Numbered from the stretch's first letter, positions 45,136 to 59,095 are shown. The stretch: DNA of 64,000 bases from Azolla caroliniana (GCA_043228905.1 JBHGNT010000010.1:21824001-21888000), one strand, 5' to 3'. A program made the numbers and translations. The notes: generated by a model not told the origin, from the sequence alone.

Positions 45136-47492
45136 GAGATGGATACGTTATGCTACATGTTTTGTCCATGCTTGTTGGGGAAACTCTCATGGGATAATAA
45201 GCTACAAAATCGACGATTTTGTCCATGGTTGTTGGGTGAGCTCCCATGGGATAGTAATGCATATAGTATTCATCTCAATATTATACTATATGCATACATA
45301 CATATAGTATTCATCTCAGATAGCAATGGTGATTTTGACCATGATTGTTGGGGGGGGGGTTCACTTTGGATATATTATCATATCAACACATATGTATACT
45401 ACTTGTCCTATTAAGTGACGATGATTTTGTCCATGCTTATTGTTAGGGGTGTTTATATGGGCAATGTTATACATACATATATTATTCATCTTTTCTTACT
45501 AAGGAAAAGCAATTTTTGTACCATGAACTCTATGGGATAGATTATTCATCTTAGAAGTAATGGTGATTTTAGTGCATGGAATATATTGTATATATAGATA
45601 CATATTACTCATACAAGAAACATAAAAGTGAAGAGAGCCCTAGGAGGTAGTGAGAAAGTGGAAAGTGTGCCTTTATAGTGCTCTTATATATGAATTCTCT
45701 TTAAGTTTGAATTTCATATTTGAGAAGTATAGGGGAATGAAGTTGGAATTAATTTGTGGTAAGGAGATCCTTTGTTTTAGTAACATGAATTTTGTTCTTT
45801 CTTCATTCACTCTATCAATTTGATTAATCTTCCGCCTCTAGATTCTTCATTATGTCTAGTCAATTTGGTCACACCATATTGAACAATTCAAATTATTAGT
45901 CAAAAATTTCCCATTATTGTTATCCATTTGGGTGGCTTTATTAAGATCTCCATAGGTAGATATCAGGAGTAGGCATTACAAGTAATCAAATAAAGTGATA
46001 GGTTGGCAAATTCCTGTTTATATAAATCACTCCTTATTTGATATTTCAGAAACTTAACAAATTTTTGTGAACTTTTAAGAGCATTTCCAATGTCAATGAG
46101 TGGGGATTGTGTAATAAAAAACAAACGTGTTTTGAATGTGGTCTTCTGCACTAGCTCGTGCAGTTGCCAAATTCCAATTCATGAAAGTATACTTTTTAAA
46201 ATTAAATGTTTTAGATGCTAATTTGAATTATATTCCTTGTGTCTCTCTTGATCATTCTTTTTAAAGGATTTAATGTTTAAAATGCTTTACATCTTAATTT
46301 AGATTTCACACTTGAATATGTGGGTTAACGGCCCACTTTTCATATCTCATCAGTCATAACAACCATGCTGCATCACTTACTATGGAAAGGGTAATACTGA
46401 AGTATTAAAGCAATCGAACACAGTTTCTTCCGTCTACCTTTCTTTATCTTTATGTGGGTTTTAATGCACAAAATGTTTTTACATCTCATTCAAGATTCAT
46501 AGTTGAATGGGTGAGAGTGATTGACTCTTCTCGCCTCTCATAACAACCATAATAAAACATACACTAGGAAAATGATAATGTTGAATCATTAGATGTCTTT
46601 TTCTGGTTGAAAGCTCCAAAATAGGGGATTGTTCTCTTTCACAATGAAAAGTCCAAAACAAGAATAAAAAAGTGAACTTTCTACAAGAGAAGCAAAATTA
46701 GATGAACGGACCTTGAAAAGTGTTATAAACTAATAGCATACTTAATTTGTAATGTTAGTGAGGTATATTTGTTATAGGGGTTTGCTTGCTCCATAAAATA
46801 GTGTTAATGGGATTGTTGATTTTCTCGCCTCCCTCTAAATGACCTTAAAATGCAAATTATGAGTTAAAACCAAGACTGTGTCCCTCGATTTTCTTGAGCT
46901 ACTTGGTTGGAAACATGCATGTGATCAAAATCTTCCCAAACGAGTAAAATTCACATGAGAAGAAGACAATTTGAGTTATATACATTATTCTATAAAGTGT
47001 TGGGCCACTAATTCATGGTGACCACACCCTTGAGTCCCATGACAATTCCTATAGTTCTTTTTATATGTTGGTGTCATGGGCATTCTAAGCTTGCCATGAT
47101 TCATCTCTATTTCTCTTCATATCTCTCAACTCGAGCCTGTCATGAATGTGGTGTTTGTTCATTCCCTGGTGATGTCCTTTTATAGAGAAATCATTGTAAG
47201 CTTGGAGAGACTAGCTACCATTACAAATACAAACCAATAGCACTTACTTAGGAGTGGCAAATCATGAGCCCATACCCTAACAATGGTTAGCATGTCCTCT
47301 TTGACCTAATCTTTGGATTTTACTAGATCCTAATGTGTCACAATTTAGTTATTGGATGTACTGAAGAAGCCTCCATCTTTGTGTGAATACCCAAAGGATA
47401 GTAAAGAATGTAGAGAATTGTGATGAAGTGCAAGGGACAATTAGACCTATCACAATGTCTCTTAATGTGAACACAGGGAGGTATAAAAAGAT

Positions 47493-47685
47493 AAGGGAAT
47501 TAAACCTAGACCACATGAATATTGGGAAAGCATAGAAATAAAACACAATGAAAAGAAAGGGAATTAAACCTAGACCACATGAATATTGGGAAAGCATAGA
47601 AATAAAACACAATGAAAAGAAAGGGAATTAAACCTAGACCACATGAATATTGGGAAAGCATAGAAATAAAACACAATGAAAAGAA
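47493..47685. repeat. 64-bp perfect tandem repeat, 3 copies
   Basis: aagggaattaaacctagaccacatgaatattgggaaagcatagaaataaaacacaatgaaaaga at 47493, 47557 and 47621. Confidence 0.95.
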
Positions 47686-47954
47686 ATATACAAGTAAATT
47701 CCAACATTACCAAGAACACAACCACAATCCAGTGGGAGGACATGCACTCTGGAAGACAATTTGAGCCTAGGATAACTTAAAAAGGGAGATTCAATCTCAT
47801 CAGTCAACTAATTTAATAAATTAGGGCTCCAAATCAAGAGGATGTCTTATAACATTGAAATGGAAATTTTACTGGAATTGAATGAAATTGATGACGGATG
47901 CTGATTGGAAATACAACAAATAGATAAAGCCATAAGCATCATTAAGAAGACGTA

Positions 47955-48743
47955 TCAAGAAGGATCATCAATGGCATCAATATCCCTATCTCTTCGGCGT
48001 TCTAACAAGGGCCGGTCCACTCTAATGCGTTTGCTGGGGAGCACAAGGTAGATCGCACCCGCAACAAACCCTACGACAATCGGGAGCGAGTTGACAACAA
48101 GGGAGGGGATAACAGTATTGGAAGTAATGAGGGCAGTGATTTGAAGGCAGCTTGAGACTTCGGTCCTCACGAGTGCGGACGCGAGAAATATGGCGAGCGA
48201 GAGGAACGCGTGAAGGAAATCGATAAGCCGGAGGCTGTACTCGGTCCGCAAGGTTTGTTTCGCGGCTTCCGTCAATTGGTGCTCGCACACCTTGGGCAAC
48301 CAGAGGCCCCAAGGTGTGACAAGCCCATGGTAGACCTTGCCATTGCTGAGCTTCACGGAGTCGGTGAATACGAGTGCGAAGGAGATAAGGGAGAAGAGGA
48401 TGAGGAGCAATAGAGTCAAGATGGTGTACACATTGACGGGGTCGTCTTGGAACGCATTCCCGCAGCTGCCGCCATTCGAAGCCAACGGAAGAAAGAACTG
48501 GAAGATGAGGTATGTGGCGGCGGGTAGAATCCTATTGACAGTGCCGGCCACTTTCACCGCGTAATTGAAGGCCTTCACAAGGGGTGGATCATCATCATCA
48601 TCATCACCCGCGTGTTTCCCGCCTCCTGTGTTGGCCGGAGCCGGCGGCTGAGATGATCCACCACCACCACCACCGATGGATTTGTCACTGTCCTCCACAT
48701 CTAGCAATGGCTTCTTCATGACATAACTCTCCTCCTCTCCCAT
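47955..48743 (-). CDS. DMP: DMP (DUF679 membrane protein), intronless, copy 1 (262 aa)
   Basis: First ATG at 48743 (the ORF track starts at a TTG). Motifs: VNRILPAATYLIFQF, SNGGSC, FTDS...GKVYHGLVTPWGLW, YSLRLIDFLHAFLS, LPIVVG and PSKR. Confidence 0.9.
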   Translation of the reverse strand: MGEEESYVMKKPLLDVEDSDKSIGGGGGGSSQPPAPANTGGGKHAGDDDDDDPPLVKAFNYAVKVAGTVNRILPAATYLIFQFFLPLASNGGSCGNAFQDDPVNVYTILTLLLLILFSLISFALVFTDSVKLSNGKVYHGLVTPWGLWLPKVCEHQLTEAAKQTLRTEYSLRLIDFLHAFLSLAIFLASALVRTEVSSCLQITALITSNTVIPSLVVNSLPIVVGFVAGAIYLVLPSKRIRVDRPLLERRRDRDIDAIDDPS

Positions 48744-50437
48744 TGAAGAAGGGCTCAACTCTATTATTGGATCTTTCTACCACAACCTCTTCCTCTCTTA
48801 TAAGGAGTTCACTTATACATAATGTAAACGTGTGGTACCATACCCACATCTTCCTCTCTCTTGTCTCTTCCCCGACCTTTACGAATAAAAGTCAAAAGGT
48901 TCAATCATTACAAAACGTATGGGCAAAGCTATATGTAGAGCGAGCCTAATTTGTGAATTAAAAAAGAAATGATTCAGACAAACTCCATTAAATTTTCATT
49001 AGTAGAACCATACACATACTGTATACACACAACATTGTTCATTATAAATGTATTCGAGACTTTGCTCCCCCTTACAAGAAGGCAACAGCAATCTCACAAC
49101 ACGCAAAACACGTGCTCAAGCCCCATCCTCACATTGACATTCAGTAAAGAAAGCCACAATACAATCGCCTCCTCTTTTAACCTTAGGTAGGGATTGCGAC
49201 ATTAAGATTCAAAAAGCAAAAAAAAGACACATCAAAAGCAAAGTTTACATATACTTGTGGGACTAGTGCAATGAAAGAAAAATTCTTGGATGTGCAGTAT
49301 GCTAGGGTGGGTAGGCTCAAGCTTTAAGATTGAATATTAGTGTGTCATGCTTGGAGAAAGTTTCTCCAACAACACCCTTTAATAATATCGTTACAAAAGC
49401 AAGACTACCACGTGAAACCGAATGAATGAATGAGATAAGGGTTTAAATGTAAGAGACAAATCAACTAGATACCATTTGCTTGGTGGATCCAATTGTGAGA
49501 GAATGCCCTTATTTTATGTAGAAAGAGACTTGCTTTAACTTTGCGCTTGAGTACGCAATGTGTTCTTTTCAACCCTAAAGCTACATATGATACGCACGTG
49601 ACGTCAAACTAAAAATGCGATGAACTTTTATAGTGAATCATCGATCGAATGAGTTTTGGTGGTGCACACAACATCAAGACAAACTACTCGAGACTTGGCC
49701 CACAACTAACCTTTATGACTTAGCAACGTAAATTTTGTGAATATCATAGTGCATCGTGTTTAATCTCCGGGCTTCATGGCACATAAATTTTGATTTTCCT
49801 TTGGTGACCCACCATTGTAGTTGATGTGTAGGAGACGTACAAAAGCCCAAATGATTGCAAACTAATGAAATTTTGGGTTTTATCGATTCATACAACCTTG
49901 TGATTGTGAAAACAATAATTCTACCTCACCACTTGCTATTTTTTACTAAATGGAGTCAACATGGCAATGTAGCAACCTAGTAGAATTTGGAACAATATAT
50001 ATTTCAGCCCTTTAATAGTCTTTGACAATAGAGCGTGTTTTGTGTAATTGGCAATTGAATAGAGAGTGTTTTGAGGACTCGTAGCATCCTTTTGCTACTT
50101 CATGATAATGTTGCCAATGTGACTAACTACCATGTGGAATGCGTATATATTTGTCCAGCCATGAGAAAGATTATATAAACTAATCTATTTTCTCCAAGTT
50201 CCAACAAATGAAGTCAAACAATTTAGGGGAATCTTCAAATCAAAACAAATGGATGGTTTGATATAAGATATAAGGATTGATGAAGGTAGATGGAGAGTGA
50301 CCCTCACATTTGCTTCATTACTTAATCAAAGTGTCTATTGGCCCCATCATTAAGCAAATATATATGAATGATCCAAACTAGTGAAACAATATTATTTACA
50401 TGTTTGGACATACACCTGAATGGTTGGAAACTTATAT

Positions 50438-51325
50438 CTAAATTTGAGAGCTAGGTTTTTTTTGTTCATTGAGGCGCTCTAGCAAGGGGCGGTCGAAGCC
50501 ACGACGTTTGGATGGGAAGAGTATGCAAAAGAAACTCGCCATAAACCCGACAACTAATGGTATCGAGTTTGACATGACTAGTGTCAAATTAGAGGACGAA
50601 GTGTCGTGGTCGTCTATTACCGTATTACTTATACTTTTGAGAAGGCAATCGGAGACATTGGGAGTGAATAGGGCCGATGCTAGGAACACCGAAAGAGAGA
50701 GAAACGCGTGAATAAAGTCTATTGGCCGGAGCCGATAGTGTACACGCAAGTAATTGGTTGAGGCCGGCGATAATTTCACATTGTGTCCAGCGTTAACCAA
50801 CCAGAGGCCGCCAGGTGTTGCGAACCCATGGTAGAGCTTCCCGTCATTAAGCTTGACGGTGTCCGAGAAGGCTAAAAGAAAACACGAGGCGGCACAAACG
50901 AGAAGTAGCGAGAGTGTGAACACCGCGTTAATGTTCATAGGATGTGGGCCATGGTTTAGAATGGTCATGCCCCCATTGTTCACATTGGTGCATCGGCCTC
51001 CATTGGATACAATGGGGAGGAGGAACTGGAAGAAGAGGAAGGTTCCCGTGGGTAGAAGGTTGGTTAGGTTCCCCGCGCTTTTTACCGCTAAATTGATCGC
51101 GCTCACGACACGTTCCTCCTCTTCCTCTCTCATTTCCTCGAACTCGGCATCGGTTATGGGCTCCTCTATAATCACATCACCTTGCACACAACCCATCTTA
51201 GTCGTTGACAATTTCACGGCCTTCTCATCGTGATTATCCAATAATGGCATCTTCGTGTAATCATAGCCCTCATCATCCTTGGAGCTAACAATTTCAGTCA
51301 TATGCGAGGAACCCGGCCTCACCAT
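50438..51325 (-). CDS. DMP: DMP (DUF679 membrane protein), intronless, copy 2 (295 aa)
   Basis: Motifs: SAGNLTNLLPTGTFLFFQFL, SNGGRC, FSDT...GKLYHGFATPGGLW, YRLRPIDFIHAFLS and FPSKRRG. Confidence 0.93.
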   Translation of the reverse strand: MVRPGSSHMTEIVSSKDDEGYDYTKMPLLDNHDEKAVKLSTTKMGCVQGDVIIEEPITDAEFEEMREEEEERVVSAINLAVKSAGNLTNLLPTGTFLFFQFLLPIVSNGGRCTNVNNGGMTILNHGPHPMNINAVFTLSLLLVCAASCFLLAFSDTVKLNDGKLYHGFATPGGLWLVNAGHNVKLSPASTNYLRVHYRLRPIDFIHAFLSLSVFLASALFTPNVSDCLLKSISNTVIDDHDTSSSNLTLVMSNSIPLVVGFMASFFCILFPSKRRGFDRPLLERLNEQKKPSSQI

Positions 51326-54300
51326 TAGGCCGGGAAGAGCAGAATTGGTGAAAGTGTAGGCTTGTGTTTGGGTCCTTTGTCCTTTGGGACCTGATGTATG
51401 TATGTATGTATGTATGTATGTATTTGGGTGTAATGAATGTGTTTATGAAGTGTGGGTGGGTGAATATGTTTTCCTTAGGGTGTTTACAATGTCTCTTTTT
51501 CTTCACTCCATCCCAGACTTAATGTTAACGTACTCAACTTCTTTTGTTTATGCTTCAAGTCTCACCCATACGTGTTTTATTTAACAATACTCTTCTCCCT
51601 TAGGCTACGTAACAATGTTATTGTTGCTACATTTTTCTCCTAAAAACTCCTCATCATGTGGTATTCAATACACATATTTCTTTATCTAGTGGCCACCTTA
51701 ACACAAATCCAAAGTCAAAGCTTCACAACTCATCGATTAATGTTCGTAGATAACTCTAAATTGAATGTATGTGGCACTTAAAACACACTATAATTGAGAC
51801 ATAAATGAAAGTAGTTTGAGAGAATGAACAAATTGCCCATTCAGGAGGGCCCTATATGATCATAAATGCCAAAAGCTTGGGAATGTGCCACGCAATCGTC
51901 TTTCATAAGCTCTTTATAAATCGACTAGAAATACATAAAGTCATTTGGGCCTAACTCTTATGGAGTATCCTTGTTTGAACCTAATTCCTTTATTTGATTA
52001 CTTTTGACATCATTTTGTGTTCAATATAATTTCTATCATAACTACTTTTCTCTCCCACAAACTTAACCTCACCAAGAAGCTCACCAATGCCTTATTAAGC
52101 TTATTTGTTAGACGATGTTGATGTCGTTGTTGGGCACTTACAACAGTAAGCAAGTACTTAACATTCTCTTGATTCAACTATCACTTTAACTCCTCATCTA
52201 GTAAACAATGAAGTAATAAACATATTTATGTGCTTTATCGTCATGCCTAAAAAAACACACACTTTCTAGCTATGTGATTGTAGTGGAGGTACACATTTGA
52301 TTTTCATGTACCCCTTGCTCATCTAATTCAATCCAAACATATATTACTAATACAACACTTGCGGGGCTATTCCTAGGGCAAATATTGCAACTAATTGGAG
52401 GGAGATCACAAAAGAGTAGTGACCTACTTATCTTGGCCATGATTTGACCACGGATTCAAGGATATGGAACAAAGAAATGAGTATGCTAGGTGATTTTTGC
52501 TATACATGTAATTCAAATTCATCAAGTGGTACAATTCCTTCATTAAGAATATTCCAAGTTGATTGGTAAAGGATAACATTTTAAAACTAGTGGCCCTATG
52601 AAGCTACTTTATTTTGATGTTCATGGCAATGTACATGTGATTTAGTAGCCTAATGGTAGTGTGCGATTTCTGAATTCATGAGTGTACATACAAGACATTA
52701 TAAAATGCTAGTAAAATAATAAAAGGGAAGTATGATTATGATGCCCTCCTTCGATTGTTATTGAACATTGAAATGAATGATTTTCTAACTATCATTATGA
52801 TGCCTTCCTTTGGTTGTTATTGAACTTTGAAATGAAGTTCCCAATCATTTGGGGTTGTGTTGGTTTTTCCTTTTTGTACTTGCCTTTCATTGTCCTTATT
52901 CATTTGTTAAGAAAGCCCTTTATACACACATATTGTATAAACGAGTACATGATTCTAACTTTCAACATCCCCTAAGATATTGAGCAATAGAAGCATAAAA
53001 TTGAATTATAATCAATATAGGCTTTATTGCCTTATAACAATTGATTGTCAAATGAAACAATTGATTGTCAAATGAATCTCCGCCTTTTACTAAAACCTAT
53101 TGTGTACATGCGTGTGATGCATTTTAAGGGCATTTTTTGCATTTTCCTAGAAGATCATGTATTGCACTCTCAACTTTTTAAATCACATCACGAAACAGAA
53201 CGGAAAAAGAACAAGCCTTACCATTTGAGCACGACAAAGGAAGAACTTACATGTGAAGTTATATAAATCTCCAAACAAATAAAGCCCCAAACCAATGCAA
53301 AGGGCCAGATTAACCATAATTGGAAACTTATATTAAGATTTACCCCAAGAAAAAGCTCATTTAACTCGAAAACCAGAGCAAGCAAAAAGAAGGCCTAAGG
53401 TATAAAAAAAAAAACACTTCAAAGCGAACCAAAACTATTGCATGGGATTTATCATAGATAGGTCTTTGTGTCATGAAAAGGATTAAGACCAAGTCTAGAG
53501 CATCTCGAAATAAGAAACGGTTGTAGAGTCGCCTCAAACTTTGTACTGATGTGAAATGCCTCATCACCAAGTTTGGAGCATTTCAGCACAAGGTTTAAAA
53601 CATCCTCAAACCATCTACATAGGAAACATTTCATCAACAATGCGGTAATGGTATCCAAGAGGTTCTTGAGGTTGAACACTAGCAATGATGCATTGTTGGT
53701 CCCCATGGAATGAACACCTAAGACAGCTAAAAGGGTTAAACACTCGGGTGTGTAACAAAGCGATATGTTGACATTTGTTGCAAGCAACACAAACATCCAC
53801 ATACTGTATCCACATTATTGGTAAAATATCTCTTAATCACGTGTTTAACAAGTCATAGACTATTTGCTAGTGACATATAGACGAACCAAATTCACATAAT
53901 TAGTCTCTCCCGCTTTCTTTGCTCCAACCTCGATATACAATGGAAGTTCACTATCTCAATGACTAAATGAATAGTGGCAAATTGGCTATATGCTTAGTTC
54001 CATCACTTTCCCATTCATAACAATCAATTATAATACAATATTTTGCCTATTCTCAAGGCTTTGGGAGATGACCAGTTTTATGAAATGTTTTGCACCTTGA
54101 ATTAATTGATGCAAACATGTAACTCTTGGACCAAACATAATAGACCCACATAAGCAACAATGATGCAAACAAGCACACAAGAAAACCAAAAAGAAGAGAA
54201 CTCGAACCAGGGTACCAACGTCTAACACTAAGAATCATTAGGCCTCAACAAATAGAAATGCTAGGACACAACACAAATGAGGCTCTAGGGAGACAAACCC

Positions 54301-55088
54301 ACCAACAGAAATTACCAACATGCCAATACATACAAGGCCAAGCAATATAAGAACCATATCCCAATAGGTAAGCAAATCAAGGTAAAAATAATGTGGCTCT
54401 TACTGAATTAAAAAGATGAAAAGAACCCCAACCTAGAGGAAGTTCCAAAAGAAAACCATCATCAACCTGTCAAAGACTGAAACGAGTTTTCAAAAGCAAT
54501 GTACCATAACTAAACAAGAATGTGCCATGCATTAACCATAGTGCGTGTACAGAAATGGTCAAGTAGGGAGTGAAGAAAGATGTTCCCTCCTATCAAACTC
54601 TAGTCTACAAAACCAACATTATTAATGGTAACCAGTGTAAAGGTTAGTAATTAGGAAAAATGGCATTAGGAGTTGACATTAATTATAAATTGGTAAAAGA
54701 ACAATATATGTAATAACAAGTGTGGCAAGATACACCAATCTAGCGATGTCTGAGAGTGTCCTTGAAGTTCCCATTCCTCTCTTGTAAGGAGAGAAAGAGA
54801 GAGTCACTAAGGCCTTCTTCTGGATCCAAACATAATTATTTATGGCAACATTACACCTCATTTTTTAGCTTATTAGTTTCTTCTTCAGCTATGCTTTTAG
54901 ATAGTCCTATTGCAAAATACACCTTAATCTCTATAATCTACAATGTTCATATATTAGGTGCAATATATATATAGATTTTGGCTTTCCTAGAAACCCAAGG
55001 ATAAGTAAATTGATGGATTCAAGCCATGGAATTGTTGGAGCCAAGTAAATAATGAGGTTGGGTTCTACCAAAAAGACATCATCTTCCC

Positions 55089-58000
55089 TCAAGGGCTTGC
55101 AAAGAATAGGAGGAGCTTGTCGTAGACAAGAGTTCGTGCAGACAAACCAAGGACAAAGTCACCATGTGCATACTCTGGCACAAAGAGGACTTCAGTGACA
55201 CTTGGAAGGTCCTCAAGCAAGTGTCGAACATCCTCCTCATCTGCTAGTGCATCTTGTCCACCATGTGCCATTAGGAATCTTAGCCCACTGGGGATGCTCG
55301 ATAGATCGTATGATGGCGGGAAGAAGTCTCCATAGTGAAATAGGTTTCGGAACCACCCATAATCATACATGCCAAACCTACCTGTTCGCAACACTGAAAA
55401 AAAAAAAGAATCATAAATAACGTTGATGTTAGTTTTAGGGTTTCCATTTACCAAAGCAGTTGAATGCATAGTAAGAGATCTTACATTGTGCCATCTGAGC
55501 TAAGTTCCTCATGGATGTCGTTTGAAGCTCGAATTTGTCATAGTAAGAAATCAATGTCTTGTCGATGCAACAGTTGGGACCTATGAAACAAACGAAGAGC
55601 TGATCGGATTGACAAATTTATTCACACTAATGACGAATGTATCCATGTAATCGATTCCTTAATTAAGTAATAAGATGTCACTACTTCTGCAAGTAAATAC
55701 CTGTCACAAGGCTCAAAAGATCGCTGTAACAATTCGGCCGATTTACGTTCTTGCACACAGAGTTAATCACCTGCTTTCCACCATCGCTGAACATTCATTT
55801 TCAGAATGAGTTCATCGACCCCACGATTAACAGAAGATTAATCACTGATGTAATGAAGAAGAAGAGAACAACACATACTCTGAGATGTTGAACTGATGAA
55901 CTCCTGCCGTGAGTAAGACCTAAAATCGACAAAAAATTAGCGACGAGAATCACTGCCTTCAAATATTTTCAGGATTGGCAAGGATGCTCTTCTGTTGTGG
56001 CAGGCGTTTTTCTGTACTGCTAAGCTAGGGGTATTCTGGCCATTTAGAATGTTATGTTTATGTATTATGATTTATCTATATAATGAATGTATAATATGTA
56101 TAATGTATATGTAATCAGGGTTTAGGGTTTAGGGTATATGTACAATGTATAATGTATATGTAACCCTATATCCAGTGTATTATCTATATAATGTATAATG
56201 TATATGTATATCATATATGTATAATGTATAATGTATAATGTATAATGTATAATGTATAATGTATAATGTATAATGTATAATGTATATGTAACCCTAAACC
56301 CTGGATATAAAGTAAAGGTGGCATGCTAAGAGAGAGCCTCGGAGAAACCCGAAAATAAAATATTTTAAGGTCTCGTTGTTAACATGATTGATGTTATACC
56401 TTGTCGAGGAAAAGCCAAGCAACAGCCGCTGCAACAGGTGAGGAGACATGGTTAAGATATGTGATGGGGCTCAACATGGCCGCCCGCTTGATGAGGCCCG
56501 ACACATCGCTTCGTGTGAATGCGGCAAAACCCGTCATAGTGCCCTAATGCATCCATCATCAACGTGATGTATGTGCAATGTTGTCAGAATGTCACTTCTC
56601 ATAAGCACTACTACTAGTACGAATACTAATACAAAGAAATCCACCAAGTCATTCCAATGGTCCTAACAACTATTGACAATAAAACAAATTAGTCTAATAC
56701 TTTAAATACCATTGTAAATACAAGGTAATCCAATGGTCCTAATTGCTATATCTATAATATAAGTACCCAGTTTAATAACTACCAATATGTAAAACTTAAA
56801 TATTAAGACACTTTTCTTCTTGCGCTAGGACATAAATTGTGCTAGGGGACACGAGGAGAAGTTGGGCCACTTTTGCCCCACTAATATGTAGAACTACTAT
56901 TCGATGATATTGATGATGATGATGATGACGACGACGACAATGATACCTGTGAATAGCCCACAAAGTAGATGGGTTGCATGGATTGTGTGTGTACGAAACG
57001 TAGCATCGATGGCAAATCTTGTGATACCAATTCATCCCAAGCCCAATTCCAATACCCCTACAAGTTTAAGAACACATTTTACCTTCATCTCGTATTTTAA
57101 TGAAATTTGGCCTTACAAAGATTCGAGTTAATTGAGATCATCTTAGTGGAGACCATGAGTACAAATATGTAAAAACCATGTATGACCAACCTTGTGACTC
57201 GAGGTCTATTCTAGAAACAAACAAAATAAGACTAAAGTAACAAAAAGACCAAAACAACTTTACTCTTTAAAAGAAGATCGTACGCTAGAAAATTGACGAG
57301 AAAAGAAAAAACGTAAAAATAAGTGACTTCAAAGTTACATACCCTTGGGAAAACATGACTCTCGCTATAATATGAGTGGTGTAAATAATAAATGGGGAGA
57401 GACTGTGTGTTAAATTTTAATTAAAACAAAAATAGAGACCTTGGGATTGGGGAGATAAATTGATGGTCGCTAACATCCATGATCTCTTGGTCCTAGAGAA
57501 AAAATGCATGGGAAGGGCCAACTTGTGTTGGAACTCTTTTGTTCCACATTAATTGAAAATATATTACGATAAATAAAGGAATAGAAGTAACTTGTCGTCG
57601 AGTTTTCCCGCATTTCCCATCCTAGGAATCACAAACTTTTAAGCCTCGTCACTTGAGCTATATACAGTTCATTTTATCGTTACAATACAAAGGTTAGGAC
57701 TTGCATCTCACAACATATTGCACGTTGCTGTAAGTGACAACATCTTAGACGAAGGTTCAGACTAGCCATAAATAGTAGGGCCTAGGTCCATAGAACATGC
57801 CTATAGGACTAGATAAAAACTTTTAAGACGATTCAGGTCTCTGCATCACGTCCCAATCTTATTGGGTCATCTAAACGGGCTCTATTTCAATGACAAGTTA
57901 TCAATGGAATGGTCTATGGAATAGCATCAAGTTATCAAGCTATATATATATATATCACACACCTTCCCTTCATTCCAGTAGAATAGGAGATTTGAGGTTG

Positions 58001-59095
58001 TGAATCATGCATGATAAAAGGGAACAATGCTGAAGTTCCAACAAATATGTATAATGTGGCAATGGGTTTGAGATGCATAATGAGTGAGTTATAGTTAGTT
58101 AGCATGAGAGAAACAACCAATTTTACCGAGTCGGATCGACGATACGTAACATGGCCATAGCTGAATTTGGAGGATCTAGTGCTTCCGAGCCACACCACAT
58201 ATCCGTTATCCGCCATGACAAATGCTAGAGAGTGTTGAGGGCCATTGAGGACCCATATATCTCCTCCCTACAAATCTCATTCCATTTGCATGTCAGGATA
58301 TTAGGAAACATGTATGTATTGTTACCACATTCCATCTCATGGCCAATATGCTATAATTTCATTCCTTTTAAAATACCTGCATCAAGCCATGGTAGAGAAA
58401 AGCCGGTCCCTTCACTGGGTGGACCACCTTGCTTGTTATTCGTTGAACCGAGAGCAAGAATCCATCGCTGGTAGGCACCTGAATCCGAAACAAGAGACAC
58501 CAGTATGCATGAATTTGATGGGAAGGAGGGGGACCTTTTATGCATAAGGAAATAATCACTCCCTACCACTATCCAAATCTACTAAAAACCCATCCAAAAT
58601 TCTAACCAATGCATTAAGCAGCATTGTAAGTTTCCACGGGCATCATCCACCCTCGAGAATAAAAATCCAAAGATGAGCTCAACTAGAAGAGAAAAATGGC
58701 ATGTGGAACTAAAGGGTAAAAGCTCATTTAATTTTGATTTTTTTCTTCTTTGGAACTAAGCAGGATATTGGTTCATCTTGCCTCTGCATAAGCTCATAAT
58801 GTTAGGTCCTTAAGTAGCTATTAACAACATTGACTACATACATAGTTAACATATAAACATGCAATTTAAGTTGAGGAAAGTAAGGTCACTTGTTTATAAT
58901 CGGTGGTTACAACAATACCTTGAATTCTTGGCAGTTGTATGCTGCATGAATGAGGACTAAATTCTGGCAAATACCGTCCGGATTGGAGCTTATTGGTTGA
59001 GCTTGTAATTGGGCCGTTGGGGCGGCACATTGAGTGAAGATTCTATTACCATTGCAACATAATATTAACACTAGCAAAGTTATAATGAATGGCAT
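55089..59095 (-). CDS. LIP1: Triacylglycerol lipase (LIP1-like, lysosomal/gastric acid lipase family) with signal peptide
   Basis: Exons 59095-58919, 58478-58377, 58267-58127, 57057-56947, 56543-56400, 55919-55879, 55786-55701, 55580-55485, 55393-55089 are in frame. Motifs: TSDGFLLSVQRI, HGLMQGGDIW, YWNWAWDEL...DLP, the GYSQG nucleophile, GGQDALAD (Asp) and YAHGDF (His). Confidence 0.92.
56080..56310. repeat. (AATGTAT)n minisatellite bracketed by inverted plant telomere-type repeats, in lipase intron 5
   Basis: cagggtttagggtttaggg at 56116-56134, aaccctaaaccctg at 56290-56303, and about 9 consecutive AATGTAT units at 56222-56286. Confidence 0.85.

Noticed and set aside
47493-47685. Regular direct repeats as a CRISPR-like array
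   Set aside because: The units are contiguous with no unique spacers, there are no cas genes, and the context is eukaryotic.
48022-51233. Antisense and alternate-frame ORFs over the DMP genes
   Set aside because: These are shadow ORFs of GC-richer coding sequence.
53300-54660. Possible decayed LINE 3' region on the minus strand (Cys-containing peptides)
   Set aside because: The motifs are too degenerate to assign without an alignment.
57330-57360. FSQG-like sequence with a GTATGT donor as the lipase nucleophile exon
   Set aside because: The true exon (GYWNWAWDEL...GYSQ) is at 57057-56947 and fits in frame.
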